From Mobula hypostoma (lineage: Eukaryota): 64,000 nt of DNA. A model generated the notes under the pieces. It worked only from the letters and a program-made list of their open reading frames with translations, searched no databases and was not told the DNA's origin. The translations under genes were made by a program, and so were the position numbers. The stretch covers positions 21,950,001 to 22,014,000 of the forward strand of contig NC_086109.1 of the NCBI RefSeq assembly GCF_963921235.1, written 5' to 3'. Each line of letters begins with the position of its first letter. Position 1 is the first letter of the stretch. This document shows positions 59,427 through 64,000 of the stretch, one piece after another.

Positions 59427-61030
59427 ATAGAAACATAGCAGACCTACAATACAGGCCCTTCAGCCCACAAAGCTGTGCCGAACGTGTCCTTACCTGAGAA
59501 ATTACCTAGGGTTGCCCATAGCCCTCAATTTTTCTAAGCTCATGTACCTGTCTGGGAGTCTCTTAAAAGACCCTATCATATCCACCTCCACCACCATTGC
59601 CGGCAGCCCATTCCACGCATTCACCACTCTCTGCGTCATTTTAAAAAAAACTTGCCCCTGATATCTCCTCTGTACCTACTTCTAAGCACCTTAAAACTGT
59701 GCTCTTTCATGCTAGCCATTTCAGCCCAGAAAAACCCTTTGACTATCCACACGATCAATGCCTTTCATCATCTTGTACACCTCTATCAAGTCACCTCTCA
59801 TCCTTCGTCGCTCCAAGAAAAAAAGGCCGAGTTCACTCAACCTATTCTCATAAGGCATGCTCCCCAACCCAGATGACATCCTTGTAAATATCCTCTGCAG
59901 CCTTTCTATGATTTTCACATCCTTCCTATGGTGAGGCAACCAGAACTGAGCACAGAACTCCAAGTGGGGTCTGCCCAGGATCCTGTATAGCTGCAACATT
60001 ACTTCTCAGCTCCTAAGCTCAATCCCATGATTGATGAAGGCCAATACATCATATTCTTTCTTAACCACAGAGTCAACCTGCGCAGCAGCTTTGGGTGTCC
60101 TATGGACTCGGACCCCAAGATCCCTCTGATCGTCCACACTGCCAAGAGTCTTACCATTAATACTATATTCTGTCATCATATTTGACCTACCAAAATGAGC
60201 CACCTTACACTTATCTGGGTTGAACTCCATCTGCCACTTCTCAGCCCATTTTTGCATCCTATCAATGTCCTGCTGTCACTTTCCACAACACCTCCAACCT
60301 TTGTGTCACCAGCAAATTTACTAACCCATCCCTCCACTTCTTCATCCAGGTCATTTATAAAAATCGCGAAGAGTAGGGGTCCCAGAACAGATCCCTGAGG
60401 CATACCACTGGTGATTGACCTCCATGCAGAATATGACCCAGCTACAACCACTCTTTGACTTCTGTGGACAAGCCAGTTCTGGATCCACAAAGCAATTTCC
60501 CCTTGGATCCCATGCCTCCTTACTTTCTCAATAAGCCTGACATGGGGTACCTTGCTAAATGCCTTGCTGAAATCCAAGTACACTGCATCTACTGCTCAAC
60601 CATCATCAATGTGTTTAGTCACACACTTTAAAAAAATTCAGTCAGGCTCTTAAGGCATGACCTACCTATGCTGATTATTCCTAATCATATTATGCCTCTC
60701 CAAATGTTCATAAATCCTGCCTCTCAGGATCTTCTCCATCAACTTACCAACTGCTGAAGTAAGACTCAGTGTTCTGTAATTTCCTGGGCTATCTCTACTT
60801 CCCTTCTTGAATAATGGAACAACATCCACAACCTTCCAATCCTCCGGAAGTCCTCCCATCCCCATTGATGATGCAAAGATCATTGGCAAAGGCTCAGCAA
60901 TCTTCTCCCTCGCCTCCTACAGTAGCCTGGGGTACACCTCGTTTGGTTCCAGTGACTTATCCAACTTGATGCTTTCCGAAAGCTCCTGCACATCCTCTTT
61001 CTTAACACCTACATGCTCTAGTATCTTAAT
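59427..61030 (-). mobile_element. CR1 LINE RT and 3' part, frameshifted
   Basis: VVPLFKKG..PGNYRTLSLTS, YLDFSKAFSKV, PQGSVLGP, KFAGDTK and RPHLEFCAQFW motifs; tail atagaaacatag. Confidence 0.92.
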
Positions 61031-61167
61031 ATCTACTTAATGTGTTATGGTTTTCCTATAAAAACTGGGATTGGCTGGGTTGGGGCAGGCAGTGTGATCA
61101 GAACTGGTCATTGCATCTTGGCTGGTATGGTGTGCATGTGCCATTACTGCAGTGGTTGCTCCATGTA

Positions 61168-61370
61168 GACACAAGTTACTGCAGATGCTGGAAATCTGGA
61201 GCAACACAGATGCAGACACAATGCTGGAGGAACTCAGCAGATCAGGCAGCATCTATGTAGGGGAATAAGGAGTCGCTGTTTCAGACTGAGACTCTTCATT
61301 CTTGACTATTCATTTCCTTCCAGAGATGCTACCTCACCTGCCAAGTTCCTCCAGCATTTTGTGTGGGCTG
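61168..61370. repeat. Fold-back Penelope terminal-repeat derivative
   Basis: 'cacaatgctggaggaact' and 'agttcctccagcattttgtg' are inverted arms. The sequence tgctccatgta flanks both sides (about 61137-61167 region and 61369-61379), a possible TSD. Confidence 0.75.
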
Positions 61371-63944
61371 CTCCATGTATTGACAAACTATGCATATCCT
61401 GTGATTTTTCATTGCCTTCTGTTAAATGAGATGGAAGCTGTTGTCTTCCATGCTGTTTGCTTTGGCACAGCTCTCCTCAATTAGGAGATTTGTAACAAAG
61501 TCTATGAGACAATTGCCATGTTGGTCAGGACACATTCTTGAGCTCCGCATCTCGGTGCAGAGTGGCTGCACCCAACAGGTTTATTTCTGTGGCTCACTGA
61601 ACACCTGAGTCACATGCTAATGAGATCACTTTAATTCATTTGTGCAAGTCTGCTAGTGGAGAACCATGATCTCCGTTCCCAGTGCAGTATTGTTCTCAGT
61701 TCTCCATCTTTCTTTAACCCTATAAAGAACCCTCAGTACTAATTCTACTAGTGCTCTTGTCCCTGAGAATGTATTTTAAATGCAAATGAGGTACAAATGT
61801 GCAAAAGTAATTGATCATTTAATATGATCCAAAAGAAAACTGATTGTTGCAATAATAAAAACACAATACTAAAAGTTCAGGCAGAATATGTGGAAACAGA
61901 GACAGCTAATATTACAGATCCGTAAGTTTTCATCAGTTTCTTAAAAAGGTTGTTCTTCAGATTCTGCAGTTTTTACAGTGGTGACTCGGTGTGCTACTTT
62001 CACTAAAATAGCTTAGGTAGTTTCTTTTCCACTAAGTAAGTGTCTGATGCCATCTATGGAATTGATTAATTTTCTGTTTACCATTATTTGTCAAGGGCTG
62101 TTGTGACTAGTTGGAGATCTTGCACCTAGGCATGCAGTGCAAACAAATTGGATGGTTTTTTTAAGCTTGAATCATACTATAAACTTAAACTTCACAGTCA
62201 TGTTAAAAATACATGTGTAAGTAACAAGTTTTGATTGTAGTGAATAACACTGTCAACACTCATTGGCAATTTTTAAAACTTAATTTGTTCCTTTTGGTAT
62301 CTTGAATACTGAAGATGGATGTGAGTCTACTACCTATACAGCTTTAGATTTAGATGATGAAGAAACAGAGCACTTCCAGCTGGAGACTGGAACAAATATC
62401 CAGTATAATCTGTAGGTTTTGTTAACCAGAGAGTAATCAGTATTTGACTTTAAAGGTTCAGGCTTCAAGATTCATTTTAGAGCCACAAGCATATTTTTTT
62501 AATAAAAATAATAACTGCTAACCATCCTAGAGACAGAGCTGCTAATAATGTTAATTTTCTATTCATAGGGGTTGATTACTAAATTGTTAATCTTTTTAAA
62601 AAATTGGATTAAAATTAGCCCTGAGATTATTGCACGTGAAGGGAAATCCAGTAAGAACCTTAGTTATTTCTTGTATGGAGTAATAATTGTGAGTGTACTG
62701 GGTGGGGGGTGGGGGAGTATATATTCTGATATCAGCCGAAAGGTACTCCTAATGATGCACTGAACATCCATCTAGTTTTTGCGCAATAAGGCTATATCTC
62801 AGACAAAAGATCTTTCTGGCCAATGCCTCTCAGAATATAGACAAACTTTTATCATTTTCTCAGCAAAATCTGTTCCTTTCTGCGTAAAAGCACGAGAAAC
62901 TGATAGAAAATCAGATAAATTACACAAAACATCGTAAAGAAGTCATGCATGGAGGGAGGGAAGGAAGGACAGCATGAAGTGGGCCTTCAGCCTAGTGAGT
63001 CCATATTGATCGCCAGCCACCCATTTTCAGTAATCCTACATTAATCCCATGTATTTTCAAGGCAGGCTGTTATTTCATACAGCAATGAATGCATCAGTAA
63101 TAACAAATATATCTAGAATTAATGGCCTGTATATTCATTACGACTTTGCTATCACATAATAGTTTACAGATGACATTTCTCAAGCAAAATGTGAACAGAA
63201 ACTGTGGATAAATTCCAGAATGCACATTAATAGAGACATTGTTCACACACGTTCAGTCTGTCAGCAGGTATGTGCAGATTGTGACTGAGCAGCAGACTGT
63301 GATTAAACTTGTACCAAAGTGGCTCAGTTATCTTTCTTGTTGTGCAAGATTATGGTAGAGTTGAAGTCAGATATCCACGTTTGGGCTGTCAGCACCAGGA
63401 GACGGCTGTCCTCTCTCCAGGCAAAAGAATGCATGCTTATGGAGCTTCTAAAACATTCAACTTTTCACTGAGTAGAGCATTTAGCAGTTGTTGATGGATC
63501 ACTCATTTTAACAACTTAACAAGGGGTTCTTTGCTCCGTACAGAATGTGAAGCTGAAGATGTGTAACTTAATATATTGACCCTACAGAGCAAATGCATCT
63601 GTACATTGTATTATGCAAGCTAATAATAACTTGGGCTGAAAAAGAAGGGAACTGTGATGTTGTCTGTTAAATTTAGTTTGTGATGTTTTTTTAAATCTGA
63701 AGTTGCAGTGCATACTACAAACGCACTTATTGCACATCTCCAAAAAGCAAAAATGGTCATTGTAAACACTAATGCTATAATTAGTTTCCCTTGTAGTCAA
63801 GGGGAGCTTGATCTGGAGCCCATTTTCTTTTGTTTCATGGAACTCACAAGCAACAAATGTATATCCAACCACTTTCCCCATCCAGCAACAACTTGCTTTT
63901 CTACGTCCTTATAACATATAAGGACACAGATTTCAGACAAAAGC

Positions 63945-64000
63945 ATGGTAGCATTATGGTTGGCACAATGCTTTACAGTACCTGTGACTCGAGTTCAATT
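63945..64000 (+). mobile_element. Start of a tRNA-derived SINE, cut by the window edge
   Basis: 'gtagcattatggttggcacaatgct...gagttcaatt' A-box and B-box-like head, similar to 58610-58680. Confidence 0.45.

Noticed and set aside
1..64000. CRISPR arrays, retrons, operons or other prokaryotic systems
   Set aside because: There are no repeat-spacer arrays or operon structure, and all RT domains belong to eukaryotic non-LTR or Penelope clades.

Overview
This is vertebrate nuclear DNA, not prokaryotic. The repeat landscape suggests a cartilaginous fish, probably a ray or skate (inference only). Most of the window is transposable elements: CR1 LINEs (two near-intact ORF2 copies), an RTE LINE, Penelope-like elements (one with a single nonsense codon), Rex1/Babar-type LINE fragments, a decayed R4/Dong-type REL-endonuclease LINE, hAT/Charlie DNA transposons with perfect 8-bp TSDs, and several tRNA-derived SINEs. 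One host gene starts here: a CpG-rich promoter and first coding exon (30757-30935, +) encoding a signal peptide plus an LRR N-terminal cap of the LRIG family. It is followed by an intron in which I could not find exon 2 before the window ends (>33 kb). The most notable structures are minimal hammerhead-ribozyme motifs in the Penelope terminal repeats, fold-back Penelope derivatives, nested insertions with readable TSDs and templated junctions, bipartite RTE-derived elements, and a uORF plus G-quadruplex in the LRIG leader. I found no convincing evidence of a wholly new biological system. Most short ORFs in the track are TE antisense frames or noise. Repeat boundaries are approximate unless a TSD is quoted.
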